Assembly: GCA_040954595.2 (NCBI GenBank)
Contig: CM082577.2
Span: 2,869,603-2,933,602 of the forward strand
Direction of reading: 5' to 3'
Source of the DNA: Balanoglossus misakiensis
Lineage: Eukaryota > Animalia > Hemichordata
DNA length: 64,000 bases
Shown: one piece after another, positions 18,991-33,300 of the stretch
How positions within the stretch are numbered: position 1 is the stretch's first letter
Layout of the letters: each line of letters opens with the position of its first letter
The notes under the pieces: generated by a model
What the model was told of the DNA's origin: nothing
The model's database searches: none
Seen by the model: only the letters and a program-made list of their open reading frames with translations
Program-made: the position numbers and the translations under genes

Positions 18991-19452
18991 TTATTAAAGC
19001 GTGACGGTGACGAGAAATCCCATGTCTTCTTCCTCGCTTTCAAAAGAACCCTCACAAACTTCAACATAGCAAAGATTTGGAAAGTTTTGAGGGTCGCCTA
19101 CAGATTTTTTCTTCGTAACATATATATCCCGATTTATGATATTATCATTACTATAGTATCTCCCCAGTCGAATATACATGTGCAATGCCATCTGTTCAAA
19201 GCAAGGTTATTCTGTGAAATCGACGTCACGACGCTTCAAGTTGAACTCAGTTCCAATCACGTACCAATTTATATTTGTCCCTAAATAGCAGGGCCTACAC
19301 TCCGAAACCGGTCATTTGAACTCCGACGAGATTTCGACACGTATCCTAACAATGTCCGAAACTGTCCGTCAGTGAAATCGCTGTACTCGCAGACCGTGGA
19401 TCATCTGCAAAAAAACCCGGCCCAAACCGGTCTCATCAAGAGACACAGTCCT

Positions 19453-19884
19453 TCACTCCTCTGTGACATTCGTACTGGCGGTACACGACACTGTCTGCGG
19501 CCTCTGTTGTCTCCGCTTTCGGGCCCGCCAGCAAAGGAAGGCTGTGCCGAAAATCACCACCAGGACGGCTCCCAGAATGCACATAGCTACGCCAGCTGAC
19601 ATGAACGCCTTCGAGCTGCCTGCTAGGTGTTTGCCAATATGCGGGGCGACGATGAAAGAAGCGACGCCGAATAGGGTGATCACTATGACGACCACCAAAA
19701 ACACCATGATCCACAATCGAGTGAACAGCTTTCGCGCCTTAGACTTGCCCGATGTATGAGTCTTCACGCCAATACTGACGATTACGCCCTCTGTCGACGA
19801 TTCTTTGATTCCCCGCGAGTAAGTAACCGTCAGAGGGTCGCTCGCACGATCTGCAACGCCAGACTTATCTTGTCCACCGCTCAT
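19453..19884 (-). CDS. orphan ~143-aa protein with two predicted TM helices, single coding exon
   Basis: MSGGQDK..; hydrophobic LWIMVFLVVVIVITLFGVASFIVA and AFMSAGVAMCILGAVLVVIFGTAFLCW followed by basic RARKRR; acceptor ttctcctctacag at ~19920, donor ag|gtaagt at ~20660 and TATA-like run ~20810 upstream on minus strand. Confidence 0.65.
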   Translation of the reverse strand: MSGGQDKSGVADRASDPLTVTYSRGIKESSTEGVIVSIGVKTHTSGKSKARKLFTRLWIMVFLVVVIVITLFGVASFIVAPHIGKHLAGSSKAFMSAGVAMCILGAVLVVIFGTAFLCWRARKRRQQRPQTVSCTASTNVTEE

Positions 19885-21296
19885 TGTTAGTGTTAGTCGG
19901 TGTGTGAATAACCCAGCACTGTAGAGGAGAACCCTAAGAAAAGGGAAACATGAACGATTCGTTAGTAACCTAAAATCAACCCATGTGCGGCAATGATGAT
20001 AGAGAGAATCGTTGAATTGATGTACACACCCTTGATATGATTCATGGCAAAATGGCAAAGGTAAAGGTACAGAAAGAAATACGCGTTGTGCAGTCGATAG
20101 CGCCGGTAGACGTACAAGGAAATAGATCTAGAACGTTTCATGCATTATTCGTCTTTTCCACTTCATTTCCCATTAGCAAGCATATGTCATACGTGACGTC
20201 AGCGAGGTTAAACAGTGAACTCTATATACGTACGGCACGATGGCAGCTATCGGACGGGGTCATTGCAAATGCTGAGCACGTTCGGACAATGATGGCTTCT
20301 GCTGCAGGACACGTTGATTAAACGTGATCGTCACTCAGGAGGTGCCCGTGTCTTCTGTGCTAATATTACAAATTATATATCCACGCATATTTTAGGACGC
20401 ACGCGCACACAAAGACACGTCCCTCGCTAGAGACTAAAAGCAACGAAGGTAATCTTTATTTTCAAGGCTGGCCCCCTACACAAGATGCATGTACATATAG
20501 TCTTCTTGAAATAAAAGGGCGGCCTGTCAGAGAGCGGCAATGTAGTTCACAATCTCGAATAATATGAAACAGACTGCGCGCCATACAGAAATACGCTATC
20601 AAAGCATCTCTGCACTGCATTGTGCCGAACCTATAGATGGCTGTATTTTAACACAGACTTACCTCTGACTACTCCGAGTTGTACGGACGTGAAATGAATT
20701 GAAGCTTTAAGAATTTCAGGCAGCTACAGTTCCAAGCGATAAACTGCTCTACACAAACAACCTCGTATTGCTGCGGGCGAAGAACCGAGATGTAAGCTTA
20801 TGCATGAGCTATATATATGCTACGTCACATATATTTGGGCTGGAAATGTATTGCCATGGTAACCGGGGCTCCTACAAGTGAATTATGGGGGAAATGCCCT
20901 TATTCCGTATGCCCTTATTTCTATTTTAATAAAGATTTCTATATGATTCACTTTTGTGAATGTGTGTGTCTGTGTGGTTGCCTTTTCCGACGCTGTGTAC
21001 ACATATTCTCTCCAAAGTGCTAACCTATGTCATACACGTCATTCAGAATGTTTGGCCGAATTCGATTGCAACCGTAGCCGAGTAGCGACCCGAGTAGCTG
21101 GCGCTGACGTCATCCCCGGTTCTAGTTAGCATGCGCATGGTGGCTGAGTTCGAAGATTTCTTGTTTTTGCGTTATTTTTTTTTTGAGGATTTTGATGAAT
21201 CTTTAGATTCTGCGGCAGTTTTGCAACTTCGGATAAATACTGCCATCATTGTCTCTATGATCTGTTTATTTTTGCGTCGAAAATATGCTCCGAAGA

Positions 21297-21330
21297 TAGA
21301 AGATGATGATTGATGATGATGATGATGATT
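21297..21330. repeat. (GAT)n microsatellite
   Basis: gatgatgattgatgatgatgatgatgat. Confidence 0.8.
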
Positions 21331-21629
21331 CTCTTTATGTAGTGGGGCACCGGGTATGGCAAGGGTCGAACATAATCTACTGATTTATCGTTTTTAGCAC
21401 AGACATATACTGTCTATGTTTCTAACCACCTTACAATTATAATAGAATGCTAACATAGCATATTTACAAACGCCTGTGTAGCATACGCCCTTTGCGACTG
21501 ATCGCACGACCAGATGCCTTTGTTTGACTTTACGCGAGTCGCCGCACAGCCGGACGCAGTGACCCTTTTTTGGCACCATTGGCACTATTAAATAGATACC
21601 CTTTGGGACCATTGTGTAGGCGGTGTTTT

Positions 21630-21950
21630 TTCGCTTGAAGGTGTTGACTGATTTTGCATTCACAACAGTTGCGGGCAAGCTGTTCCATTTGTCCACAATC
21701 CTTGACGCGAAGAAGTCAATTCCCTTGTGTTCGTTCTGCTTTATGTGATGTCTTCGTGTTATGGATGATGAGGTTGGTTAGTGTTGTCATACTGAGCTGT
21801 TCGCAGCTTTGTTAATCTCTATCATGTCTCCTATGGTTCTTCTATGATCTAGGCGTGTTAATCCTAGCTGCTCTCGCCTCTGCTGGTAATTTAAGTTCCG
21901 CAGTTCTGGGATCAGGTTGTTAGCGCGTCGCTGTTTTTTCTAATTACTGC
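21630..21950 (-). mobile_element. degenerate 3' end of CR1/L2-clade LINE ORF2
   Basis: minus translation QRRANNLIPELRNLNYQQR..LGLTRLDHRRTIGDMIEINK and FFASRIVDKWNSLPATVVNAKSVNTFK match the typical C-terminal tail of CR1/L2 reverse transcriptases. Confidence 0.85.
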
Positions 21951-24900
21951 TTGGTACTGTTATATAGTAGTAGAAGTAATTTTAGTAGTCATTTTAAATA
22001 AAATACGGCATAAGCTGTGTTTCTATGGCTGTCACCCCGGGGGTGTCACGTTCATGCACTCGGCTGTGACTGAAGCTAAATATTTAGTATACGATAGAAC
22101 GGCCACAGTTTTTTTATTACCGATCAAACACTCTGCTATATATCAGTGTTAACCATGTATATGACTCGTAATTTTTTTCACATTTTCATCCGGTCGCGTG
22201 TGACCTTGTCAACGTACTACAGTTTCTACAATATGTCAGTGTTAATCTCACTTGTGACTTTTCAAACGAAGACCTGGTATGGCTCCTATACTACCTTGTC
22301 CTGTGCGGTACATGTCCATGGTAATTTTGAGAACTAAAGAAATGGTCAAAGGTCACCATGCAGTTTACACAGGCTTGTTTTCTGTGGCCTATAAATTCTC
22401 AAAGTGCGAAAAGCCATATCGCACAGACATTGTTATTTAAAACACAGAAAGTCACTCTTTGTCCCGTATACAATGTCACGGCCCACAAATGCAAATGTGT
22501 GTCCGGCTGTATATCTCAAGATATGCTGACCGTATTTCAACCATGTTTTGACGGATAGATGCTGGACAGGTTTACCTTATCGTAAATTGACATAAATCTA
22601 ATTAGGTTTGTTGGGCACAGCGTGCCATGCTAATGAAATTATCAAATATACCTTTGTTTTTCTGAAATATGGCTCGTGCTGCCAATGCATGGAAAGTACA
22701 TTCTTGGCATGAACACAGAATTACCGCATCGACTTCGGCGAAACTTACTGCAGGTGTCAATCTCGCATGATTTTGTTCAAATGTTACATGCGTGTCATGT
22801 CAATTGTCTGCTTAATAGTTAGTCATTTAGTGGCACATTTCCGACACTCAGTGATGCACCAGTGTAAACGTGATCGAATTTTTTGCTACAAATGCTGACA
22901 GCCATATGAAAAGCAGTGATCATGAAAAGTCTGAATGCACTGTCGTGGAAAAAACAGTGAAAAATCCGATATGGGTTGTCGTCAAGGTTAGGCGATTGTA
23001 GTGGAGGCTGAAGTCATGTGTCGTGTTCGGATGACTATTCATAAATAGGGACGTGAAACGTTATGCTTCGTGAGCATGAATTATTTGTATTTGTTGACTG
23101 GGCCCTCACCCAAATGCATACATCATGTGCGGAAAGACGATTGCCCAATGGACGCAGACCGAACAAAGGTGCTATAAAAGCGCATTTCTCTCTGCCAAGA
23201 GAAACAAAGTCGCCTTGTTCGGGGGAGTATCCAGGGCTCTTGCGTGTAAGAGCATTAATTTGAACAGTTTAAAGGGTGAGTATTGTTAAGTTATTGCCGT
23301 CAGTGCGCGGTCACCATGAACGTTTTTTTTTCGACCAAGATTCACTGGTCGTGTGATTATTTTGTTATAAATTTCCTCGGCCCCAAATATAGGTTTCTTT
23401 ACATAGCTGAGTACCGTAAATGTCACGGTCGGGCCCAACATTGTGTTCCAGCAGCGATGAAGATATACAGTATAGCATGCATATACTTTAACGTGAGGCT
23501 AATTAGTGCACAACGAACTTTAATTTCTGAAAGTCTGGAAGACCGGATCTACTCAGTATCAACGGTTCACGTTATATTCTCGTTATAATGTGTATAGAAC
23601 CTGGATTTTTGTGGCACGGATGCATATGGTAAACGTCGCGAAATGCAAAGTGAGAAAAAAGCATAAAATTCACAACTCTACGCAAAATGTAATTGCAATA
23701 TCTCCGAAGCATACCGTAAGTTAAGAGGCCATGTCATTCAAAAATCGAATCTTGCTTTTATCGGCCCAGTCTGAGAAAGTCAGAAAAATTCAGCAAAACG
23801 ATTTTGGAAAGTAGCTACTTAGGCCTAAGTTGCTTGTGTACAAAAATTGGCGGACTCGCGTACACCTTTCGAATTGTGTTTAAATTATAGGGTGTGCCCA
23901 TATTCCGGATTTGACGCCAAAACAGACGAGGCGCAGTGACAGGCGCGGGCGACGCTGACACTAAATGTCATTGACCAGATCAAGATCGAGGTGAAGGCAA
24001 AGTCTGACGTACAGACTAGCTCACTAGTCCCTTGGTGATTTTTGAAATCTCAATACTTTGTTTGTGTTTCCGGTGATCTTTTTTGTCTTTTTAAATACTC
24101 CAAATACGTTTTGCGTGCGTGCTTGCTTTGAGCGCGTTTCTGGTTCAGAGTTGAGTTTCGAATTTGGGGCTGAGCTCATGGTTTCAGTTAGCGTCGACCA
24201 AGGGCCTACATGTTCCCTAGTCATACGCGCTCACACTCGCTGCCTTTTTCTCCACACACGCTACAAAGAGAAACTAGGAGCAAAATTTTCTAAAGTGTAT
24301 TTGTTATGAAATAATGAAGCGTTCCGGATCCGCGTTGATAGAAAGATTGATTATTCGGCAAAACGGGGAAAACAAAACCTCTCTGTGAAGTTGTGGCTTT
24401 ATTTCACGGAGTGTCCTCAGGCTGATTTTAAGGGCCTCTATTTGTAGCGCCTGGCTATTTTCTTCGGTATTTTTTTGTGTATCAACTACATTGTCATGTT
24501 CACCTCTCTAAAGGATCCCAAAACGCGCCGGTACTTGTAATGTGCACCGTGCACTGCTATATTAATTTGACGAACGCATTCAAGTCCGGACTGAATACAA
24601 CAACAACACTGTCGATTGTGCTTTCAGGGGCTGTATGTTGAGAAGAATAACATTCCTCATTTATCCCTGCCTCAGGGAGCCGAACAGGAAGCCGTTATTT
24701 GTACACAGCCTACAAAAACTGAGAAATATAGCCAGCCGCAGGGAAACGCCGACGAAATTTTTGGGTAGTGTCATTGAGACAACTATGCATGGTATTTTAG
24801 TCGTGCAGGTGTTTTCTTGTAGACTTCGCGTTGCATGCGCTGAATTCTTCGTATTTTGGAGTAGAACAAGAAATTTCATTTTGTACACAGAACTAAAATA

Positions 24901-25144
24901 TTGAAAACAAAGCCAGAAGTTACAGCTAATATCCCGAAAATTAGAGTGAGGGTATATGGAGATGTCTTTGCGTTTCTTGTACATGTACATGTTGCGTTGT
25001 CATTGTGCATTAATTTAAAACTGAACCGATTACAAAATCACGTATGACAGACGACCTTTCACCTTCATATATACCTGTGTGTATCACAGGTTTCACTCCT
25101 AGTTTGTATAGAACACATCAAGCCGGTGAAGAAACAAAGAGAAA

Positions 25145-27771
25145 ATGGACAACAAATGCTTCCAGATTGACTTGGATGCCGTAGACCGCGAAGCTATTCC
25201 TGCTACGGAGGAAAGTGACGGCGTGGAAAGAAGACACAGGCGTAACTTCCCACAAGAGGAGCGTGACACGCCGGACGCAGGCCTAAACGATTTAAAATAT
25301 GCCATTGACGACAAACCACCGTGGTACGCCTCTATGGTATTTGGCCTACAGGTATGTACTAGTTTTTACTTAAAACATTCAATCTGATCTATTGCCGTTC
25401 AACATACTTTGCCAAGATCAATGTTTGTCGCAAGATTTATTCATGCCATCGGCATTATATTTTTAATTGCACCATGCTCTTATTGGTACAGACACACGCG
25501 TTCGCACAGATATGCTACCGGTACACAATATTATTATTATTACGAAGACAGTGTAGCGTACAGTCCTTGTGCATTGAAGGTTAATTTTGGTAAAATGATG
25601 TATTTCAAAGACCATACAAGCCATGGACCAGTTTTTCATGCTGTCTGTCCGGCGTGTATGCATTTTCGCCAAATCATATAGAGGTAGGCAAAGCTACAAA
25701 GCACTGGTAGTGTGTGCACATAAGTATGCTTAATTATGTTTTACCATACGGTGCAACCACGGTCTATTCTTGGTCTGAAACGAAGCTTACAATGCATTTT
25801 AGTACCCGTACTAATTCCATATGTCGTTTACTACATGTACTGTATTTCAAACTAAAGACATGCATTAAAGTGATCTTTTCGTGTTCTTTGTTTTCAGCAC
25901 CAGCTGGCGATGATGAGCAGTTCTATATTCTTCCCTTTCATTCTGGCCAATGCATTCTGTGTCCCGGAACACGAAAAGGGCCGGTTTATTGCCCATCTGT
26001 TCAGCGCTATTGTCCTGACAGAATCTGTCGGAACGTTCTTGCAGAGCACCTTTGGAACCAGGTTTGTATGCAGAATATATGGATGCTATATTTTACGTCG
26101 TCGTCCCAACATAACAACAATCGTTGACACGACCCTTGTGTTTGGTTAATACCGAACTCAACAAATTTAGGTTTGATTTATTGGAGGAGAACTGGTTCAT
26201 GCACGCGTCAATGGCAAACACGAGTCAGCGTTTTGTAAATCAATCTGGAAAATGTTTCTTTGCAACATTACTCTTCAACATATGCACATTGTCTTAGCTG
26301 TATGAGCCTCCGCCCGGTTGGATGTCGGCGCGCACTGTTTCAACGGTCTGAAGACTGCAGTAAAAGTTGTTGTGCGCATATTCCTTTTTTCCCCCAGATT
26401 GCCAATAGTTCAAGGCATTGCATTTTCCTTCTTCACACCTGCAAGTGTTATACTGGCAACGGAACCATGGAAGTGTTCTGATACAGAATTAGGTATACTT
26501 TATTGTTTAATATTTTAAGTGAAATTATTTAGCTATTTTTCCAGTATCTTTGTTTCATGAACCAACTGCTTTTTCCTGTTCTCCCTATGGCATATCCCAA
26601 CACGCCCAATTATACAATAACCTAAAATACTATGTTCTTTATCTCCCTGTACACTTGATTGTATCACCATATTTTGACCCTATGCGGGTGTGTTAACCAA
26701 ACATATAAACATCACCACGTGTTGATTTAGAGATACAAGCGAACAACACCGGGAATGCAAGTGATATTACGTATCTGGACAGGATGCGAGAGGTAAGCTA
26801 TTTCTCGTACAGCCCACACACACATCAGAGTGGGGATATGTGACTGTTCCTGCCACAATGCTAGTGTACACATCCGCCATACTAACCTGTCTGGCGGTCT
26901 GCCCGTATCAATTTTGCTTTGTTCTGTTAATATTTCAAAACTTCTCAGTCATGTGCAAGTCGTTGCCACAGAATAAGGCTTATCAAGTATTTGGTACAAG
27001 CAGCACTAGCGTGCATTGTGGAGGGTATTTGAATCGCGCCCATTGAAAAAGAATGAACCGACATGTCTAGATCGGAGGCACCAGACATTATATGAATGTA
27101 TCTTTTCTTCAGATTCAAGGTGCAACAATGGTCGCAGCATGTTTCCAGTTTCTACTTGGAGTATCTGGACTGATCAGTCTGATAATTCGACATATCGGAC
27201 CGCTGACTGTCGCTCCCACCATAACGATCATCGGCTACTCGATCCACACCATTGCTTTATCGAACTCAAGAAATCACTGGGGAATCGCATTCATGTACGT
27301 TCACTGTTATTTCCTAAGATTTTTCTCAAGATGCTACCTGCCAACTGTCTAATGCCGTGTATTTATTGTGTATAAATCATACGTCAATCGACCGGGAGCT
27401 TCAAGGGGGTAGGGAGAAGTATAGTATGTATGTGTTGGATTGTGAATGTGCAATTTGATGCCGCGAGTACGGATCACGAATAGTCTAATAACATTGTTTC
27501 AAAAATTTTAATTTGGTGAAGTACTTCACGTCACGGGGGTGCCACCTCCAAAGGAATTCGATAAAAATTCCCATCTATACATAGAAAATGACACCTCGTC
27601 TATCAACTTATCTCATGCTCTTCGCTTTCAGGTCGATGGCGTTAACGATAATTTTCTCCCTATATCTAAACAAAGTCAAAGTGCCTTACCCTTGGTACAA
27701 TTTCAAGAAGAAGAAGTGTTTCATCGATGGCGCCAGGGTTTTTGCGCTTTTTCCCGTGAGTACAACATTTA

Positions 27772-27810
<39 letters not shown>

Positions 27811-29673
27811 ACATGTATGTTTATGTGTGATAATCGACTTTACTCACAATATAGTCAATGATTTACGTATATGCATTCAATGATTTACGTATATGCAATA
27901 AGATAGAAATGTCTTCACTTTTTATTAGGTTTTATTAGCTTTGTTGATCACGTGGTTGCTGTGCTACATCTTGACCATAACCGATGTTTTTCCTGACGAC
28001 CCAACGGAGCCAGCGTATCTAGCGCGGACTGACCGCCACCAAGGGAGCATCTCTTCTATTCCATGGATTTGGTTCCCAATTCCATGTGAGTATATGGATC
28101 GATAGTAAATTTACCAACACATATACACAGTACTAGAAATGCTATTCACAACCCGTTGCTTCTTTGTTCCAGTCCGATGGGGTCTGCCGACTGTGAGTGT
28201 GGCACCCGTACTTGGCTTGTGTGCCGGTGCACTGGCATCAGTCATGGAATCACTTGGTGATTACTACGCCTGCGCAGCCATGTCCGGGGCGCCGCCGCCA
28301 CCTGGCCACGCCCTCAACCGAGGTATATCGATGGAGGGGCTCGCTTGTCTGTTTGCTGGAATGTGGGGCTCTCTCGGAGTGACGTCATACTCGCAGAATA
28401 TCGGTGCTATTGCCATAACTAAGGTATTTCAGAGATTCAAATTCAGCGGTATAGGCTTGGGCAGGCAACCCGACTAGTGGCAAAGTACAAGACAAGAAAC
28501 ACATTTTGGAAGAAAATAATACAAATGCGTACATCTGAAGAATCATACTAAACAATTGTCTATTCGGATTTCTTTCATATCCAGGTTGGCAGTCGTCGTG
28601 TCATTCAGTGGGCAAGCCTGCTGCTTTTTATAGTCGCTGTCATCGGTAAGATAGGAGCGGCCGTTGCGTCTCTCCCGCCACCGATCATTGGCGGTGTCAT
28701 GTGGGTTATGTCAGGTATTGTATGACAGTGAATAATAGTGACCGAAATGAGTGATGAACATTTGCTATATTACGTTTCTGCTGCAGTGACAGCGCCCTCT
28801 GGTGGTAACTGTGATGTGATAAGAAGATACCTTCCAGGTTGCAGATGCCATGATTCATGTGTTTTGGATCTCTTGAATTAACCAATAAACAACCACTTCA
28901 GTTATTTCCCTTTACGATATGTACACTTTATCCGTTTAACGTGGTTTTGTTTTTCTCAAAGGTGTCGTGATGTCTGTCGGCGTGGCTAGCCTGCAACACG
29001 CAAATATGAATTCATCAAGAACCCTGTTGATATATGGGTTTGCAGTCATCACGGGAATAATGGTGCCAGAATATCTGAGATCAGAACCGGGCGCCATCAA
29101 CACAGGTAGTTGGACACTGTTGAATCTGTTTTCAAAAAGGACTCATTACATGAAACACATAGAACACTGACCAATTCTAAACACAGCATGTCTTGGTGAA
29201 AGTTTCTTGTCGACAGCAACTTCCAAATTTTTGCTGGACGACACATTTATACCACCTGTGTTTGATGTGATTTTGCCTTCTGTAACCAGGAAATTTCGTG
29301 GCAGACCAGGTACTTGATGTTCTGTGTAAGACTGGGATGCTGCTGGCTGGCGTGATAGGCTTCGTTTTGGACAACACAATACCCGGTAGGAAATGCCAAC
29401 TTCTATGATTATTAACATAACATCGTTTTCCTGTCAACCATACACGAGCATATGCAAATTACGGGAGTACATCTCTTTATTGCACACTGTCTTTTCCCAG
29501 GGACACCTGAGGAAAGGGGTTTGACCGCGTGGAGAAAAAAGTACACAGAAGGGGAATCCACCGGAAAGACCATGAAATCCTATGACTTGCCGTTCTGCAT
29601 GTCGTGCATCCGTAAATGGAAATGGACGCGTTACGTGCCGATCTGTCCAACATTTTTGAAGAAGAATGACTAA
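25145..29673 (+). CDS. SLC23 / nucleobase-ascorbate transporter (NAT/NCS2 family), multi-exon
   Basis: LKYAIDDKPPW..FGLQ|H, GTFLQSTFGT|RLPIVQG, IQGATMVA..IGPLTVAPTI, WGLPTVS..MESLGDYYACA, GAPPPPGHALNRGISMEG, TSYSQNIGAIAITK|VGSRRV, LPPPIIGG, GFVLDNTIP|GTPEERG, YDLPF..VPICPTF. Confidence 0.93.
27773..27805. repeat. (TG)n microsatellite
   Basis: tgtgtgtgtg... in SLC23 intron. Confidence 0.9.
28792..28805 (-). promoter_or_regulatory. CTCF-like motif
   Basis: minus strand CCACCAGAGGGCGC matches the CTCF core consensus; motif match only. Confidence 0.35.
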
Positions 29674-30343
29674 ATACAAACTGAGATCATTTTCTGCTTA
29701 TTGTTATAATAAATAATTATAACAATTCATCCTTTAATATTTAATAGGAATATATTTTACAATATGTAGATTTTATACAATTCAACTCGTATGTAAATTT
29801 TGCTTGTCAAATATTGACATTCCAACTTTGCTCAGGTTTCAAATACCAGGAAAGGGACAAGAGAGAGTTTGAACTGCTCAGCATTCACAGAATCATCAAA
29901 TGGAGGTATGGTAACATTAGCTAAATAATATACTAAGTACACTATATATAAAACATATACCATTTATATCGAATGCGATAATGTGACCTTGACCCAGGCT
30001 GTAAAGACAGTATGTTCTAAGGAATTTTGTAGGCATTACTGCTAAAGACTGCATAGGAAAATAATAATCATATAAAAATAAAGCAACAGTAACCCTAACC
30101 AGAGAAACAATCAACTCTCGCATCACAATCATAATACAATATATCTACTCTAGGTAATAGGGCATCTTTTCATACTCTTACTACAGGAAGTTGTCAGCTT
30201 TCTTACCCACAATGCAACTCCTGGAATGTGGTTTGACTCCCTAGCATGAAGTAAAAACTATAAAGGGTAGCAAGAATTACAACATAAGTCTATTATGTGA
30301 CTGGATGTGAACTTTTTTAGTACGACAACAAGAAGTCTAGATT

Positions 30344-33300
30344 CTATTGATATGTGTAGTCTTCATTGATTGTGATGACCCGGTTTTCTCGCCTGGATTT
30401 CTCAGCAGCAAACACAAAGAGGTGGCTCGCAAGTGCATCGTCGGGTCCAGTGCTGATGTGGGCGGGGTCGTTTGTCTGCAACAAGGGTGAAAACAAGAAG
30501 CATTTGTGATTGGAGTCGTGCCACTACAACAATAATGTGTTGTTTTACTGTACATGTACTTGGCAGTGGATTGGAGCTTGAACAATTATGCCATGCACTC
30601 CACCAGGAATGAGCAAAAACATCGCTAGACTTACCGCGACCGCTTTCACAAATGCATCCATCAGAAAATAGTCGGCACCTCCATGGGCAGTTAACTGCGA
30701 GGAGGGCGGTGGTTTTTCACAATCATGGTATGTCCTTTGCCCCGTGTTGAAATCATAAGAATACACACCTAGATTTCCATCGTCCGAAGTGATTTCCCCC
30801 TATAAACAGGAGACAAAATTATGACATTAACCCAATATTTTTTTTTCATGATGCTGCTGTGTGCAAACAGAAAATAGGGCTGAAATACGAGTTTGACTTA
30901 ATTGAGTTGACTGGACTCAAATCCACACTTCCAACAACATTCACTGACCAACCACAGGGCCGTGCACAAAACAGCTCTCAACCGTACAAAGAGCTGGTAA
31001 CACACACACACACACACAGTGTGATTGTGTTACAATTCAAACATGCAGAAAATCAATTTATACATACCCTTGTGCCGTACACCTTGGTCTGCCTGGCACA
31101 AATGCTCTCGGTGAAGGCTATCATTGTAAATGATGCAGTCCTTCCGCCCTCAAAAGTGAAATTGACAACTTGGTTGTCGCAGACGTCGTTGTCGCATTCG
31201 TACACACATCTTCCGTACGGTCCATTCTTCAGGGCGTCCGTGACGTGCTCGATGTCCGGCACGTCACATATGACTGATATCGGCCATTCATCGTATTCCT
31301 GAAAATGTGGAAATTACGAGAACTAACTAAATAAATAAATAGATAAAATTTACAAAAAAAACTTCAGCCAAAAGTGAATATGCCACATGAAAAAATACTG
31401 GTTTCTTACCTCCTCACTTTTGTCAAGATAGATTTTCTTGGCAGAATACGGACAATCAGTCTCCACCTTGCAATCCAAGCAACGGGATGCGGCACCCACC
31501 GGCTAAAATGACAATCAAAAATTTGCAATCTAAAAGCACAAAGTTATGGTGCTCTTCTTCAAAAACTACAATAACCACATTAGGGTACATCACTTACTAA
31601 TGCGTGTGTACTTTTGTTTCATTATATGTGGTGCTTGCATCACCATTTTTGCTCAGTGTAAATTATATACATGTATGGTCATGGCTAAAATCCAGCTCCT
31701 TCCATGAACACTGCTGGCAGAGAAAATTGGCTTTTTCTGCTACTTTGTATTGTACACATGTTCAACTGTAATTCCTGGGGGACAGAGGTGATCGACGCAT
31801 TCTTGTAATAACTAAATTCACAAATCCCCACTACAACAACCTCTTTACAAAATGTTTTCTTCTTACCTTATTTTCCTTTTTGAAATGCTGCAGAGAGCCG
31901 AATGACGACACCTGTGTACACCTGTACAGAAATGAGAATCATTGAGCCCATTTTTTATGACACTGGGTTTTTTGGGTGGGTGGGGGGGGGGGGAAGGATG
32001 AATTTAAGTCTGGAGTTGTTGGTAAAGCAGTTGCTGTTCTTTGATTTATTTTTGGGATTAATTTTTTTCCTTCAGTACATGTAGGCCGACTCCAGAATAG
32101 GACTGCAACAAACAATAGACATGGCTGATCATCATACCACAATGAGTCAGAACTGAGACTGGTCAAACATATTATCAGTAAATGTCAGTTCCACACAGCA
32201 TTGCTGGTGAAGATGGCTATTGGTTATATTCATCCATTCCTACCTGTGCTTTCCCATCCAGTACCTCAAGAGATCCAGGTCGTGGCACGATTTGGCCAAC
32301 AACGAGAATGTGCTGCTCTTCTCTTCTCGCCAATTTCCCCGCACGTAGGAATGAGCAAAGTGATAATAGCCAACCTACAAGGATAGAGAGGTGAGAGTCT
32401 AGCATTTCAGGCCTTCCTTGAGCCTTTGACCACCATGGTTCAGGCCAAACCTATTATTCTCTATGACCCAGTATCACTTTAGCTTATGAACTTCCATATT
32501 AAACATGGCAAAAATCGGCCATCTTGAAACTGTGTCAACCATATGAGATTTTCAAAAAACCTATTTTATAAGGTCGGGGAGGAATTTACATCATCTGCTG
32601 ACCAATAATGCTCAACAGTACACTGAAAGTCAAGTGCAAAATATCGCAGACCTTAAGTTCGACTTCATCAACTTACAGGTTCTGTATGCTGAATGTTCAC
32701 AACTTCTCCAATGGCACCACTCTCTATAAGTTCCTGCATGCGGTAATGTGAAGAAAAGGATGAAAATTATATCACTCAAGGTGCAAGTCCCAACAAAACT
32801 ATGACTTCTTAAAATCAGCACAGAGTGCTCTTCTCCAATGGCACCAGACAGTGCCTGCTGTGCAGATAACACAGCTTGTCATATACTTTCCACTGACCTA
32901 CACCGAAAGATCCATCATTCGAGGGTGTTCCCTGTGAACGACTGACCTTTCAGCATACCACTGACCTTGATCTTCCTTAATGGGGGATAGTACCGAAGTA
33001 CATGGCACACAGCTAACATGATATTGTTCCTTTTGCAGGCTGCAGTGATCTCACGACAATCTTCCTCTGTAACCTAGGCGATGGGGTAGCATGCATATAG
33101 ATGAATTAACAAGTCATTGTCAATGACCTAGCCCCCACTGGATCAACACTGAGGGAAGTCATGGGGAATATCAATCAAGGTAAGTCTGCAATATGGCTCA
33201 GACAATGTTTCTGAATTATTATTTGCCTGTTGGTATGACATCCACATGTACATTTTATATCATTATAGTATACTTTACTTGAAAAGAGTGAATGAGACCG

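Noticed and set aside
22000-24030. Probable old repeat-derived sequence with small hairpins
   Set aside because: No second copy, clear termini or coding remnant visible in this window
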